Positions 1 to 15,000 of a DNA stretch of 64,000 bases are shown here, piece by piece. The notes beneath the pieces were generated by a model. That model made no database searches, was not told the origin of the DNA, and saw nothing but the letters and a program-made list of their open reading frames with translations. Both the position numbers and the translations under genes were made by a program. Positions within the stretch are counted from its first letter, which is position 1. Each line of letters begins with the position of its first letter. The stretch comes from Candidatus Woesearchaeota archaeon (lineage in GTDB: Archaea > Nanobdellota > Nanobdellia > Woesearchaeales > GW2011-AR15): NCBI GenBank assembly GCA_014729915.1, contig WJJD01000058.1, forward strand, positions 18,293 to 82,292, in the 5' to 3' direction.

Positions 1-1
1 C

Positions 2-3000
2 ATAGGGGATACTGCAGGAATAGTTGGTAATTCCACAAACTTTGACGGTTCAGGGGAATGGATTGAGGATTCAGATGCTGAAAATTATTTGAACTCTACA
101 TCCAATATTTCATTTAGTGTATGGATAAATTCCGACTCAATAGCCAATGACCGCCCTATTTTCATAACTCAGGAATCAGGGTTTAATGATTCAAGTGACT
201 CTTGGTCTTTAATCAGATTTGATCAGTACGGATGGTCAGGCAGTGGGGAAGAAGTCATTAAAATAGCTTTAAGATCAAGCTCAGGAACTACAGCTGCTGA
301 AACAACTTCTAATGCAACCGGTACGGTCTGGATGCATCTTTCACTTGTCTGGAATTCAGGAGAAGCACCTGTCTTGTACAGGAATGGTTCTGTTATGCCT
401 TGGAGTGCTGCCCCCGGTCCTTTAGCAGGAAATTTTGAGGCTGATACTTTGGCAATCGGCAGAGGAAATAAAGATGAGTGGTGGGACGGTTTGATAGATG
501 AATTCAGGATCTCAAATGTTTCAAGAAGTGCAGCCTGGCTCAATGCATCCTATCTTAATCAGTTTGACCCGTCCGGTTTTTACAATGTTAAAACAAGTGA
601 GGATCCTGAAACACCGGAAATTTCAGATACCAAATGCTATGAGTCGGATTCAGATTGGATAGACTGCGATACAATAGGATTTGAAAACCAAATAGAAAAA
701 ATAAGAACAACCTGCGACTCTGTCCAGGGCGGAGAAGTAAAAAATGTTACATTTGTCTTTAAAAACATTGAAGATAATAAAATATATTTTAATGTTACAA
801 CCGCAGATAACAGCACAGGATACTGGGAATACAATATTTCTGATATTACAATATATGATTCAGGAAGGTTCAATCTTAAAACTATATGCAGGCAGAATCC
901 CGAATCAGAAGAAGAGATAAACTGGACAATACCTTTTGGAACCTTATCCTCTGAATTAATAAGCCCGGATAAAAATATCAATGTTACAAAGTACAGGTTT
1001 TTTAATTTCACATCAAAAATAACATGCACCGGAGGGGAATGCGGATATATCAACGCAAGCCTTGATCCCATTGACTGGTGGAACCAGTCATGGTCAAAAA
1101 GAAAAGAGATCAATATCACAGGAATTTCATCATCAGGTTTAGAAGAATTTCCGGTTTACTTAAACATCACAGATGAAACTGAGATGCAGCCCGATTATGA
1201 AGACCTGAGGTTTTTCAATGGATCCTGCTCTGTAAATTCCGGGGGGCTGAATTATGAAATTGAAGATTATGATGCAGATCATGCTGATGTATGGGTAAAA
1301 GTATCTAATTTAACATCAGGAATAAATACATTGTGCATGTACTATGGTAACTTTGGTGCAGCTTCCGGAGAAAATATCTCAGGAGTATGGGACAACGGAT
1401 TTATCATGGTGCACCATTTCCAGGAAACTATCAATGATGATGTCGAGGGCCACATTGATTCTTCTCCATATTCAAATGACGGAACACCAAAGAATCTTCA
1501 GGATGCCGGAGACGGGACAACTGATACAGAAGGAAAGATTGATGGTGCTGATAAATTCGGAAATGATGATGATTATATCAATGTAGATGATCATGCAAGC
1601 CTTGAGCCAAATTATATTACAATCTCAGCATGGGTCTTTCCTGAATCCATATCATCTGAATCCTGTACTGAAGGCCAGCATAACCGTGGAGATATGATAT
1701 TGGATAAATCAGGAGGTTCAGACGATTCTATAGAATTCGGACTGTGTGATGATGACGGCATATATTTCTACATTGACACAGGATCTGATTATACAGCATC
1801 AAACCAGACATATGGATTTTCAACAGATGCGTGGTATTATGTTTCTGCAGTCTATGACGGATCAGACATGTTTGTCTATGTGAATGATGAGCTGATAAGG
1901 ACAAAACCAGCTTCAGGAAACATAATTACAAATGCAAATGATGTTCATTTAGGAGGAAGAACTGACCAGAGCAAGTATTTTGACGGTTGGATAGATGATA
2001 TGCAGGTATCAGGTGTCGGAAGAACACAGGACTGGATTAACCAGAGCTATCAGCTAATGCAAAACCAGGAAGCATTTGTAAATTTCGGAACCGGTGAAAA
2101 AATAACAAAAGATCTTGTCTCAATGACACCGAGAGACACACCGTTTTACACAACAACAAATAACTCCATGAATTATGAATCAAATCCATGCCTTGCAAAC
2201 ATGACTTCAGGAAATGCCTGCAATACGACCTGGCAGGTAAATGCAACCGGAGATTCAGATTCGGTCTGGGAGTTTTTTACTTTATATGAATCAACAAATT
2301 ATTCAGAAAATGTAACTGAAAATAAAACCTCAAAAATAAACATCACAATATTAAACAATGCTGCACCTTTAGTTAAATCAATATCTATCCTGCCGGCAGA
2401 CCCAAGGTTTTCTGATAATTTAACATGCATATATAATATTACTGATACGGGTTATTTTGATGATCTTTCAGCAAATATCTCCTGGTATAAGAATGAAGCA
2501 TTAGAATATTCAGAAATCATTTCAGTTGAAAATGCTGTCCGGGCTTCCCGGGAATTATACTCAGGAAATACTTCAGCTGGTGAAGTGTGGTACTGTGCAG
2601 TAACTCCAAAAGATTTTGAACTCACAGGAACCCGGGAAAATTCAACAAAAAAGACAATACTTGCATCTTCTCCCCCGTCAATAAGTAAAATACAATGCAG
2701 GGAAACAGAGACATGGAAATCATGTGATGAGATAAGTTTTAATAATAATCTTACTGCAGTAAGGGTGAATTGTACAGATACTGATAATAATGTTGCAAAT
2801 GCAAGTTTTAATCTTTCTAATATTGATGATTCAAAAATACTTGTAAACGGAACATCGGCTGATAATTCAACTGGTTATTTTATGCTTGACAATGCTGATA
2901 TTATAATTTCAGATTCAGGAGCATTTAATATTACTGTTGTATGCTATGATGAATCCGGAGTCTCAAATTCAAATTACACTCAATGGGAAATTCCCTTCGG

Positions 3001-6000
3001 AGTCTTTTCAGCTGAATTGGTAAGTCCGGTCAAAAATATCAATGTCACAAGACATAGGTTTTTTAATTTCACATCAAAAATAACATGTATTGGAGGAGAA
3101 TGCGGAAATGTCAATGCAACACTTGATCCTTCCGACTGGTGGAATTCATCCTGGACATACAGAAAAGAAATTAACATAACAGGAATTTCAGGGACGCAGC
3201 TTCAGGAATATCCTGTTTTTCTAAACCTATCCTATGACTCAGAGATGCTTTCAAACTACAGTGATCTTAGATTTATAAACGGATCATGCGGATCCTCATC
3301 AGATCTTTTAAATTATGAAATTGAAAACTACACTAATTCAAATGCATTGGTCTGGATTAAGCTTCCATCCTTAGATTACGGAAAAAACCAGATATGCATG
3401 TACTTTTCAAATCCTGATGCAGCGTCAGGAGAAAATATCTCTGGTGTGTGGGACAATGAATTTATCCTGATTCATCATTTCCGGGAAGTTGTTGATGACG
3501 ATGTCGAGGGCCATATTGATTCTTCTCCATACACAAATGACGGGACACCAAAAAACATGCAGGATGCCGGAGACGGGACAACTGGTACAGAAGGAAAGAT
3601 TGATGGTGCTGATAAATTCGGAAATGATGATGATTATATCAATGTAGATGATCATGCAAGCCTTGAGCCAAACCACATAACAATTTCAGCATGGATATAT
3701 CCTGAATCAATATCACCTGAAGCATGTGCGGAATCAAATCACAATTACGGGGATATGATATTAGATAAGTCAGGAGCTTCAGATGATTCTATTGAGTTCG
3801 GGTTGTGCGATGATGACGGAATATATTTTTACATAGACACAGGATCTGATTATACCGCATCAAACCAAAGCTATGGATTTTCAGCAAATACATGGTATTA
3901 TGTTTCTGCTGTCTATGACGGATCAGATATTTTTGTCTATGTCAACGATGAATTGATAAGGACAAAACCTGCTTCGGGAAACATAATTACAAATGCAAAT
4001 GATATACATTTAGGAGGTCGTCCTGATCAGAGCAAGTATTTTGACGGCTGGATAGATGAGATGCAGGTATCAGGTACAGGAAGAAGCTTCGGATGGATAA
4101 ACCAGAGCTACCAGCTTGTAGTTAATCAGGATAGTTTACTTAGCTTTTCAGACAGGGAAAAGCAGCCGAAAGGAGTAATTTCTATGATTTCTGGAGACAC
4201 CCCCTTTTACACAACAACAAATAACTCTATTAACTATGAATCAAATCCCTGCCTGGAAAATATGTCCTCAGGTGAATCATGCAATACTACATGGAATGTC
4301 AACACAACAGGAGATACAGGAGAGGTCTGGGCATTTTTTGCAATATATACTTCAACAGATTATCCGTCTAATATTACTGATACAGAGACAACCCGGATAA
4401 ATCTGACAATAATTGATAATTCTGCTCCGGGAGTTGTTTCAGTAAGTTTATCCCCGGCAGCTCCTTTGGACAACCAGGATTTAAACTGCACAATTAATAT
4501 AACTGATCCAGGGTATTTTGATAAATTGAGTGCAAACATAACATGGTATAAAAACAATGTTTCAAATTATTCAACAATAATTTCAGTCGAAAACGGTGTA
4601 AAAAAAACATCTGCTCTGTATTCGGAAAACACTTCTGAAGATGACACCTGGTACTGTGGAGTGATCCCTTATGATCAGGATCTTTACGGCACACAATCAA
4701 ATTCAAGCATCGCAACAATAATCTCCTCAATAGGGTCACTGAATTCAACATTGATTCTTCCTGTGCCGAATCAGACAACTGAAAAAAATATATATACAAC
4801 ATTTACAATAAATTCCTTAGTCGCATGTGAAGGAACCACTGGCCAGACCTGCGGTGATGTGAATGCAACTGCCCGCTATTCAGGAGGAGATTGGTGGAAC
4901 TCTTCATTTTCATACAGGTGCAACATAACAATCATAGAAGATGACGGATATGCAAGAATTAATGAGCCTGTTGTAATAAATGGTTCTGGTTTAAGCAGCC
5001 AGTGTCCGGACATATTAAGTGCCAAAGAGAATTCATTAAGATTGATAGATGACAGCTCATCCATTGTAAAACTGCAGGTTGACGACTGGCACAACATAAC
5101 AACAATCAGAGATCCTGATGATACTCTTGATTCAGATGATGAAATAATCTTTTTAATAAATCTGAGTGCAGGACAAAGCAGACAATATTACCTTTATTAT
5201 GATGATACAGTTAATGTGTCTGGGATTTATTCCAATGATACAGAACTGCAGACAACAGCAACTACAAGGACAATAATTGCAAAAGACTGGAACGGGACAT
5301 ATGACCGGGATGACGGCGGAAGCTCGGCAAGGAGCGGATTTTCCGATTTCTGGATTTATGATACTGAATATGGTCATAATAGTTATGCAATGATAATGCC
5401 AAGAATAGGTTCGTTAGATGGTGTTGATGAAATATTTACAGATGAAAACCATGGTCCTGTCAGGTATTATTTAAGAGTAAAACAGCCTGCATCAGATTCA
5501 GAAACAGATTATTTCTTTTACAAAGACAGGATTTATGTTCATTCAAGCTATGCAGACCAGGCATTTGTCAATTATATGAATGATGCAGCAGGAACAGTAG
5601 GAGACTCGTCAGCTGCAAGCGACTACGGCTACAGCAGTGATTATACAATACATTGCTATTCATCAGACTGTTCAGTTACTTTGTCAAATGAAGCAGGAGG
5701 ATATGATGACCTCCAATTAGATGCAGCAGATGACGAACATTCTATGTGGGTTACATTCAACCAATCCAAAAGAGCAGACCACAACAATATAATCAATAAT
5801 CCGGTTACAAAAGAATTTTCAGTTCAGGAAAATTATTCGGGAATGTCTCCGATAAGCACAAATTCCGGAGCTACACCCTTTTTTTCATTATCTTCTCAGC
5901 CCAGGTTATGCGGGAATATGTATAAGGGAGATACCTGTCATATAAACTGGACAATCAATGCAACTGGTGAAATTGGCTCATCCTGGAACATAGATGTGAT

Positions 6001-9000
6001 CTTTGAATCTTCATCAGCATCAGTGGAATCATCAGAAACAGAAGATGTACAGATTGACCTGATAAACAATACTCCACCAGTGATATCAGATTCAGCAAGT
6101 TCTCCTTCGATATTCGGCTACGGATACAGTACAAACATCACAGCTGAAATTACAGATGAAGAGAATCTTACAGATAATGTCTGGATAATAATAGATATGC
6201 CTGACCAGGCATCAATAACCCAGAATATGCAGAATAATACACTAACAAATTATTCATATTATTTTTCAGACACATGGAGGTATGGTTCATACAATTACAC
6301 AATCTATGCAAACGATACACACGGAGCAGAATCATCCTCTTCAGGGCAATTTCTGGTAAGTGTGACAGGAGAGATGGATGTCTCTACAAAAAATAATTCC
6401 TATGGTCCTGATGAGGTTGTGAAATTAGAAGGAGAGGGTGTTAGAGATGACTGGTGGAACACATCTTTTTCCTACAGAAAGCAGCTTACAATAACAAATA
6501 ATGATGCTTCAACTCTCCCTGAAAATTATATGATCAATCTATCTATAAATACTTCAAAACTGATCTTAGAAAACAAACTTCAGATAGATTGTGATGATTT
6601 GAGAATAGTCTGGAAGAACAGTTCTGACTCAAGTTATCATGAAGTTGATAGAATAAATGAAACACCTTGCAATACCTCGCAAACAAAGATTACCTTTTCA
6701 ACAAAATCAACAATATCTGCGGCATCAGATGACAGGAATTACTGGATTTACTACGGCAATTCAACAATTTCAGAAGGTCCTCAAAACAAGTCAATAATCT
6801 ATCCTTTGTGGGATGATTTTAATAAACCTGATGGAGATACACCCGGCTGGACAGTTGTAACAGGAACATGGCAGATTTCAGGCAATGAGCTTCAGGGAAC
6901 TAATCCTTCAGGAAGCAATAATGCCGGAGCAGTATCAGGAGATACTTCCTGGACAGATTATAACTTTACAGTCAAGATGAATTCATCAGCAGGAAGTACA
7001 AGAGCACCGGGTCCGATAGTCAGATACCAGGACAGCAATAATTACTGGTGGATGGAATGTTATGGAGGAGATATAATATTCAGACCGAAAATAGGGGGGG
7101 CTGATCAAGACTGGATAGATTCATTTAGTGTTTTTGCCGGTTTTCCTGTCCAGGGAACAGAATATGAATTGAGTATGGTAGTTTCAGATCAGCACATTGA
7201 CATGTGGGTTGACGGAACAAAGTATGTTGATTATGATGTAGGTTCTTCTTATCAGATCTCAGCAGGTTCTGTTGGTTTTACTCAACATTCAGGAACAGGA
7301 GAAACAGTCACGTTTGATGATGCACTTGTCCGGAAATACACCTCTTCAAAACCTTCTTATCAATTAGATGATGAGCAGTCTCTGGTAGCGCTAAAATCAT
7401 ATGTCAGAAATAAGAATACAAATTCATATGATTTTAAGGCATATTTACTGATGAGAATACAAAGATACTCAGGAGGATCATGGATAAATGTAGATACGCC
7501 GGTTGTAAATGATATTATCCCTCCGGTAAACCAGAGGACATTTTCCACAGGAAATGTTCTTTATTTGAACACAACCTGGGTGGACAAAGGTTCATGGGAT
7601 ACTGAAACAAACCAAAACGGGACATACCGTGTGTTGGCAAGGTTGACTGATCCCACCGGATCTATTATCCTTAAAAAAGATGCAGATGAGAATTTTGAGG
7701 CAACCTCAGAATTTACAATTGGCTCTCCGGATTTGAGAATAACTGATCTTACTCATGAAAATCTTTATGATCATGCAATTAATGAATATGAAGTCACTGA
7801 TACTATCGACTGGATAAATGTCTCGATAATCAACCTGAACAAGACCGCAATTAATGCAACTATCTCTTTAAGTCTTAAAGATTTCAATGATGATATAACA
7901 GATTGGGGTCCAAACACGATAAAGAGCTGCGGGGATTTAACTTATAATGAACAATGCACAAAAAAGTTTGACAACTCTTCTTCAGGTTACCAGATTCCCG
8001 AAACCGCATCTTCAGGGACATATAATTTTTCCTGGTCAATCTCTCTGGATTCAGAAGTCGGAAATTCCTATATCAATGAATCTTTAAAAGTAAAGATCCA
8101 TAATCTGCAGAATAATTTTTCTGCAGAATTATCTCCATCAAGCATTTACAAGAACCAGTCCTCTTTATACAATCTTAGCATATATACTCCCTGGTCAGAA
8201 AACTTGACAGAAGTCTATGTAAAGATCAATTGCCCTGCTCTTTCAGGTATGGTATGCAAATGTCAGGGAGGTCCTGATAATTATTGTTATTTCAGTTCAA
8301 TATTAGATGAAACTTTCAGGGATATGAGTTTCAATATAACAACTAATGCATCAACACCTATAGGACAATACAATATAAATGTGACAATCAACTATACAAA
8401 TCCCGGAAATGAGATAAGGGAGTGGACAGACCAGCAAAATAAGGAATTAAAAATATCACAACCGGGAATTTTAGATACTTTTATAACAAACACAGATTCA
8501 TCAGTAAACAGAAATACCCTATTTGAGTTGACAGGATACACAAATAATACAGATAATTCTGAGGGAGATGATGTAAATCTGACATGGACTCTGCCTGCAT
8601 CATGGACTAATTATTCAGGAGGATTTACAGGATACAATTCTAGTCTGGGAACTCTTGACAGATTTTGGTATAATCTGACTGCAAACATAACATTGAATGC
8701 AGAACAGGGAATAAAAATAATTTATCTTACATCAAACTCTTCAAACAAGCCGGGAAGCACAGATTCATACTCTGTAACAGTTTATCTTAAGCCTAAACTT
8801 GTGAACCTGGTTTCAGATGACTATGATCCTGGCCAGGGCGACTCAATTCAGCTGCAGGCAACATTAGAGTATGACAACGGAACAGTAATGCAGGGTCAAA
8901 CAGTCTCTTTTTATGATACAACACAGAACTACTCAATAGGTTCAGATTCAACAGATTCATCAGGAATAGCAGCTGTTAATTATAATATTGCTGATGATGC

Positions 9001-12000
9001 AGCAGTAAAAACCCACACAATAAATATATCTTATTCTGGTGATGCAGGCAATTATATCAGAAAAAATTCATCATTATTAAACATTACAGTGCATCAGATA
9101 ACAAATATCTCAGAAGTCTCAGCCTCTCCGCAGAAAACAGGTTACGGTATGCAGATAAACCTCTCAGCAAAAATAATAGACGGCGACGGCATAACATCTG
9201 CAAAAGTGAATATAACATATCCGAACAGCTCTGTTGTTTCGTATAATCTTTCATCTTTCGGTACCTCATATTCAAAAATATTTAACAAAACCTGGAATCC
9301 AGGCAAACATTATTATAAAATACAGACATCTGACTCGACCGGAGAAAATTCACAAAGTGCACTATATAATTTTACTATCAGCACCAACGCATCATTGAGA
9401 GTTGAGACAAAAAAATACAATTATTCACAAAAAGAGCATGTAAATCTAAGTTTGACACCGGAGTTCTGGTGGAGTACAGATTATTCACACAGAAAACAGA
9501 TAAATGTGACAAACAATGATGCACAGGTTCTTAAAAAAGGATATACCATGAATATCAGTCTTGACACCGCATCATTAATATCAGCGGATAAGATGGAGGC
9601 TGATTGTGCAGATCTGAGAATAACCTGGTATAATTCAACAGGAGCTGTGGAAATGGAACTGGACAGGATTATTGACAGTTCCTGCAATAGAGCAGACACA
9701 GAATTAACTTTTATGATACAGGAGAATATTTCAGCATCATTTTCTGATACCAATTATTATTTATACTACGGGAATTCAGGTACAGATAACCCTCCTGAAA
9801 ATAAAACCAGGGTTTACATATTCTATGATGAATTCAATTACACTGCAGGCACTCTTCCCGGATGGACCGTAGTTTCAGGAACCTGGCAGACACATCAGCA
9901 GAAATTAAGAGGGCAGAGCCCCTCAGGACAGAATAATATGGGAGCAAAAAACGGTGATTCCACATGGACAGACTACAGGATGGAAACTAGGATGAATTCT
10001 GCAGGAGGAAGTACAAGAGCACCCGGACCAATAATCCGGGCCCAGGATAATGATAATTACTGGTGGTTCGAGCAGTACAACGGACAGATTGTATTCAGGC
10101 CCAAAATAGGAGGAGCAGACCAGGGATGGGAAGCTTCATTTAGTGTCTTCGGAGGTTATCCTGTCCAGGGAACATGGTACAATCTTACATTAGAGGTCAT
10201 AGATCAGCATGTTGATATTTTTGTAGATGGAACTCAATATGTTGATTATGATATTCCTGTCGCTGACCAGGTTACAAACGGAGAGATAGGGTTTACACAG
10301 CATACAGGAACAAATGAAGATGTCCGGTTTGATGATGTCAAAGTTACATTGCTGATGTCAGCAGGTCCTTCTGCAGATATCCGTGGAGAAGAATCATTGT
10401 CATCTGTTGTATTAAACAATGGCTCAGCTGATTTTAAAGCATATTTATTCATGAAGATCCAGTATAATAACTCCGGAGTATGGGAAAACAAACAGACTGT
10501 TGTAGATGATTTATCAACCTCAACAATAAGAAGAATTAATTCATCAGATTACCTTGGCTTGACATCCATCTGGCAGGACAATGGAGCATGGTATACAGAT
10601 CTGGAGGAGAACGGCATCTACAGGGTTTATTCAGAAATTAGAGATATTAGCGGAAACGTGCTTGCAGATGATTCAGGAAATTATCTTAATGATTCTGAGA
10701 TATTTGAGATACTTCCTCCTTCAATCAACATTGATCTTGATTCAATTACAATATATGATGTGACAGATGCAGCAGATACTCATACTGACACAATAACATT
10801 AGTTGATTCAGGCTTGAACAAGACATTTGAACTTTTTACAAATAAATCCTACAGAGTGGAAATAAAGGTTGATGTATTACAGGACAGTGCGGATTATATA
10901 ATAAATGAGTCAAATATCACTCATAATAATCTGAATGGAGACTGGAATATTACTGCCGGTGACATCTGGTATGCGGATTTTGAAAAGACATACTCAGGCG
11001 GAACTTTTTCCCGGCAGAATGTGTCCTGGAATTCTTCATCAGGAGGAAGCGTATCTGAATTTAATAGTGTCACATTCTATTATGTAGTTAATACAACTAC
11101 TGATACTTCAGGAAATTATCCTGTTTTATTCAGGATAAAAAACCCGAACTACCAGGAGCAGGACAGCTCAGTATATTATGTGATTGAATCAGAAGAGAGT
11201 CCTCCCGGTCTTTACAATGACGAATATAATCTTGTCCCCTCAATAGTTTTCAGGAATGAAACTCTGAAGATAAGTGCAAGGTGGAATGAAGAAATAAGGC
11301 AGGCAAGAGCAGAATATAATTCAACCTCAGCAGATCTTGGAAATTACACAATTGCTCTTCCGGAACCAAATCCGTACAATTGGACAAACCACTCTATTAC
11401 GACAAACATATCATGGATTTTAGGTGTTCATTCAGCAAGGATATATGCACAGGATTTAAATTATAACTGGAATAAAACTTTAGATTATAAGACTTTTGAG
11501 GTCCGGGGATATTCTTCAGTATCAAGTATCACTCTTGATCCGCAGATTATTGATATAGATGAAAATACATCAATCCTTTGCAGGGTCATTTCAGATAATC
11601 TTTCAGGAATAGAAAATTATAATGTATCGTTTTATAACGGTTCAGGCCTTATTGGAACTAATCTGACTAACCAGACAGGATGGGCAGTCTTCACTTATCA
11701 GGACAAGACAGCAGGAACAGAAACCTTTTCCTGCAATATTTCTGATGATCCTGAAAAATATTACAATGTATCAACAGACAGCAGGAAATCTGATCTGACA
11801 ACACATGAATTTGAATATCCCTGGTATGATAATGTTAACCAGAGCTCTCCTATAGTTCACAAGACCGGTTTAATTAATTTGTGGGCAATGTGGTATGATA
11901 ACCTTGAACTAGATAAGGCATGGCTTTCAACAAATGAGACAGGCAGCTACCAGAATAATACTCTTGCGGATTCGATTTTTTTTGCAGGAAATGAATCCCG

Positions 12001-15000
12001 GTCAAATTTCACTGCGGAAATTCCTGAAGATGCAAATCCGGGAGCTGTGGGATGGAGAATTTATGCTAATGACACTTCTGATAATGTGAACCAGACTTCT
12101 GTTTACGGGTTTGAAATCTGGGGCTATGCAAAGGTATCTTCAATAACTCTTGATCCGGAAAGCATGTTTGTCGGAAACACAACGAACATAACATGCAGGG
12201 TGATTGATGCAAATTCCACAAGTTCCATAGAAAACTATAATGTTAGTTTTTACAATTCTACAGGACATATCGGCTCAGCATTGACAGATGCATCAGGATA
12301 TGCTAAAATAAATTATACAGACAGCTCATCAGGCCTTGAGACAATTATCTGCAATATAACTGACTGGGACATTGGTTATTATAACATCTCTTTACAAAAT
12401 TCTCAACAAGAAGAGCTAAACACCCTTCCGGAAGGATACGACATTTATCCTCCGGGAATAATTGAATATGATCTGACTAAGGATTCAATAACAAGAGGAA
12501 AAAATATAACAATATATGCTCAATGGACTGAAGAAATCAACAGATCAAAAGTAAAATACAACAGTACTTCTTCGGAAATATTTACATATAACTTAACCCC
12601 GCCGTTTCCTGAAAACCGGACAAATTATACAATCACAACAAACAACACATGGTATGCCGGCCGGCATTCTGCAAAGCTTACTGCGTATGATCAGAACAAC
12701 AACAGGAACAATACATTAAGCTACCTGGATTTCAATGTTACAGGATGGAGCAAAGTCTACTGGCATTTGCCAACAGAAATAGTTGCAGGAGACACAATTT
12801 CCCTTGTCTGTAATGTGAGTGACAAGCACCTTGATACACCTATAAGTAACTATCTTGTTTATTTTTACAATGAAACATTTGATTATCTGGGATACAATTA
12901 CACAAATGAGTCAGGTCTTGCAGCACTAAATGTCAGTATTGGAGGAAAGACAGGTTCAGAAACATATTATTGTGAGATATCAGATTCATTAGATATATTC
13001 TACAAAGTGAATTCATCATTCAATGATGATCTGGCTTCGCAATTATTGACATTTAACCAGCAGAGTCCTCAAATCTCTCTTCACTACCCGCAAAATAACT
13101 ATAACTCAACTACAGACTTTATCAATTTCAACTTTACTGCAACTGATGATCTTGATGAAATTATGGAGTGTGATCTGATAGTTGACTCTGTTACAGAAAA
13201 ATCTGGTTTTAATGCAACAAACAATACAATAACAAATGTAAATGCAACTTTGACAGACGGATACCACAACTGGAACATTTCATGTTCGGATGACAATGGT
13301 CTAGAAGACACCAGTTCAACAAGGACATTAAAAATAGATACCACAGGGCCGGAAATCGAAATCAAATCTCCTGATAATAATTACTGGCATACAGAAAATA
13401 TTACGATATTATTTAATGCAACAGATCTCACTTTAGTCAATAATTGTTCTTTAATAATAAACAATGAGATAAACCGGACAAAAAATAGTTCAGTATTGAA
13501 TAATCCTAATAATTTTACACTAAACAACAACAATCAGGGAATCTATGATTATAAGATAAATTGCTCAGACATATATGGGTTTACAGATGCAAGTTCCCGA
13601 AAAACATTCTATATAGATACAACAAAACCTTCTATTGAACTCTTCAGCCCGGTAAAAAATTCAACACAATATTCTGTTGTAATAACATTCGGGTTAAGGT
13701 CAACAGATAATCTTGCAGACCTGATGATGTGTGATATAACTTCAGATGGTGTTGAAATAGTTCAGGACATCAAGGTCTACAACAATACATTCACGACATC
13801 TGAATATGATTACGGGTATGAGGGAGTCGGAAAGCATTACTGGAATGTTACCTGTACTGACAATGCCTCAAACATCAATACAAGCTGGACCTGGGATTTT
13901 AATATTTCAGTCATACCTAACATAAGTCTTGATTCTCCTGCAAATGACACATGGAGCAAGCATAATCTTACATTCACATACACACCCAAAGATGTCAATG
14001 GATTTGAGAACTGTTCTATATATATTGATGATATTTTAAATGATACTGATGAATCAATTGTCAATTATTACGAGAACAGCTTTTATATTGAAAACGTTTC
14101 TGAAGGAAAACACAACTGGACTGTAAAATGCTTTAATAATAATTTGGTCCTTCTTGCCGCAAACCAGACAAATACATTTACTATTGACAGGACAGATCCC
14201 TCAATCAGACTGCTTGCGCCTGAACCGGGATCCTTAAAAAACATAAGTTCAGTCGAATTTAATTTTACTGTGCTTGATAACCTGGATTCATTGCTGGTGT
14301 GCAACCTTACAATAAACTCTTCTGTTGAATCCGTTGATTTCAATGTATCTAACAATTCCATAACAAACCAGACAGTTATTGACTTAAAAGACGGAGTATT
14401 TGACTGGAACATCACATGTATTGACAATGCAGGAAACACAAATACAAGCCTGACCGGAAACTTTAATATTTCTGTTGACCCCAATGTCACATTAAATCAG
14501 CCTGAAAACAATTTCATTACAAAATTAAGAAATATCTCTTTTAATTATACACCTGAGGATTTGACAGGTATTGAGAACTGCAGCATATATATCAATGAAG
14601 AACTCAATGATACAGAAGATAATATCAAAAACAACCGGATAAACCGGTTTAATATAACGGATTTTAAACAGGGAAAATACAACTGGACTGTAAAATGCTA
14701 TGATTCATCCCGGTACCGCAACTCCTATAAGGCTCCCTTAAGATACTTTTCAATAAATGACTCAATACCTCCTGAAATTGAGAACACGCAGTGCTATAAA
14801 ACAGGGTCAGGCTGGGTGGACTGTGATTCTCTTGCATTCAATGAGGTGATTGAGAGTGTTCACACCAAATGCTATTCAAATGTTTCCGGAATTGTTGATA
14901 ATGTGACTTTCTCATTAAAAAACATTGATGACAACAAAGTTTACTACAACCAGACATTAACATCAAAAGCCGGTGAATACTGGGAATACAACCATACAGA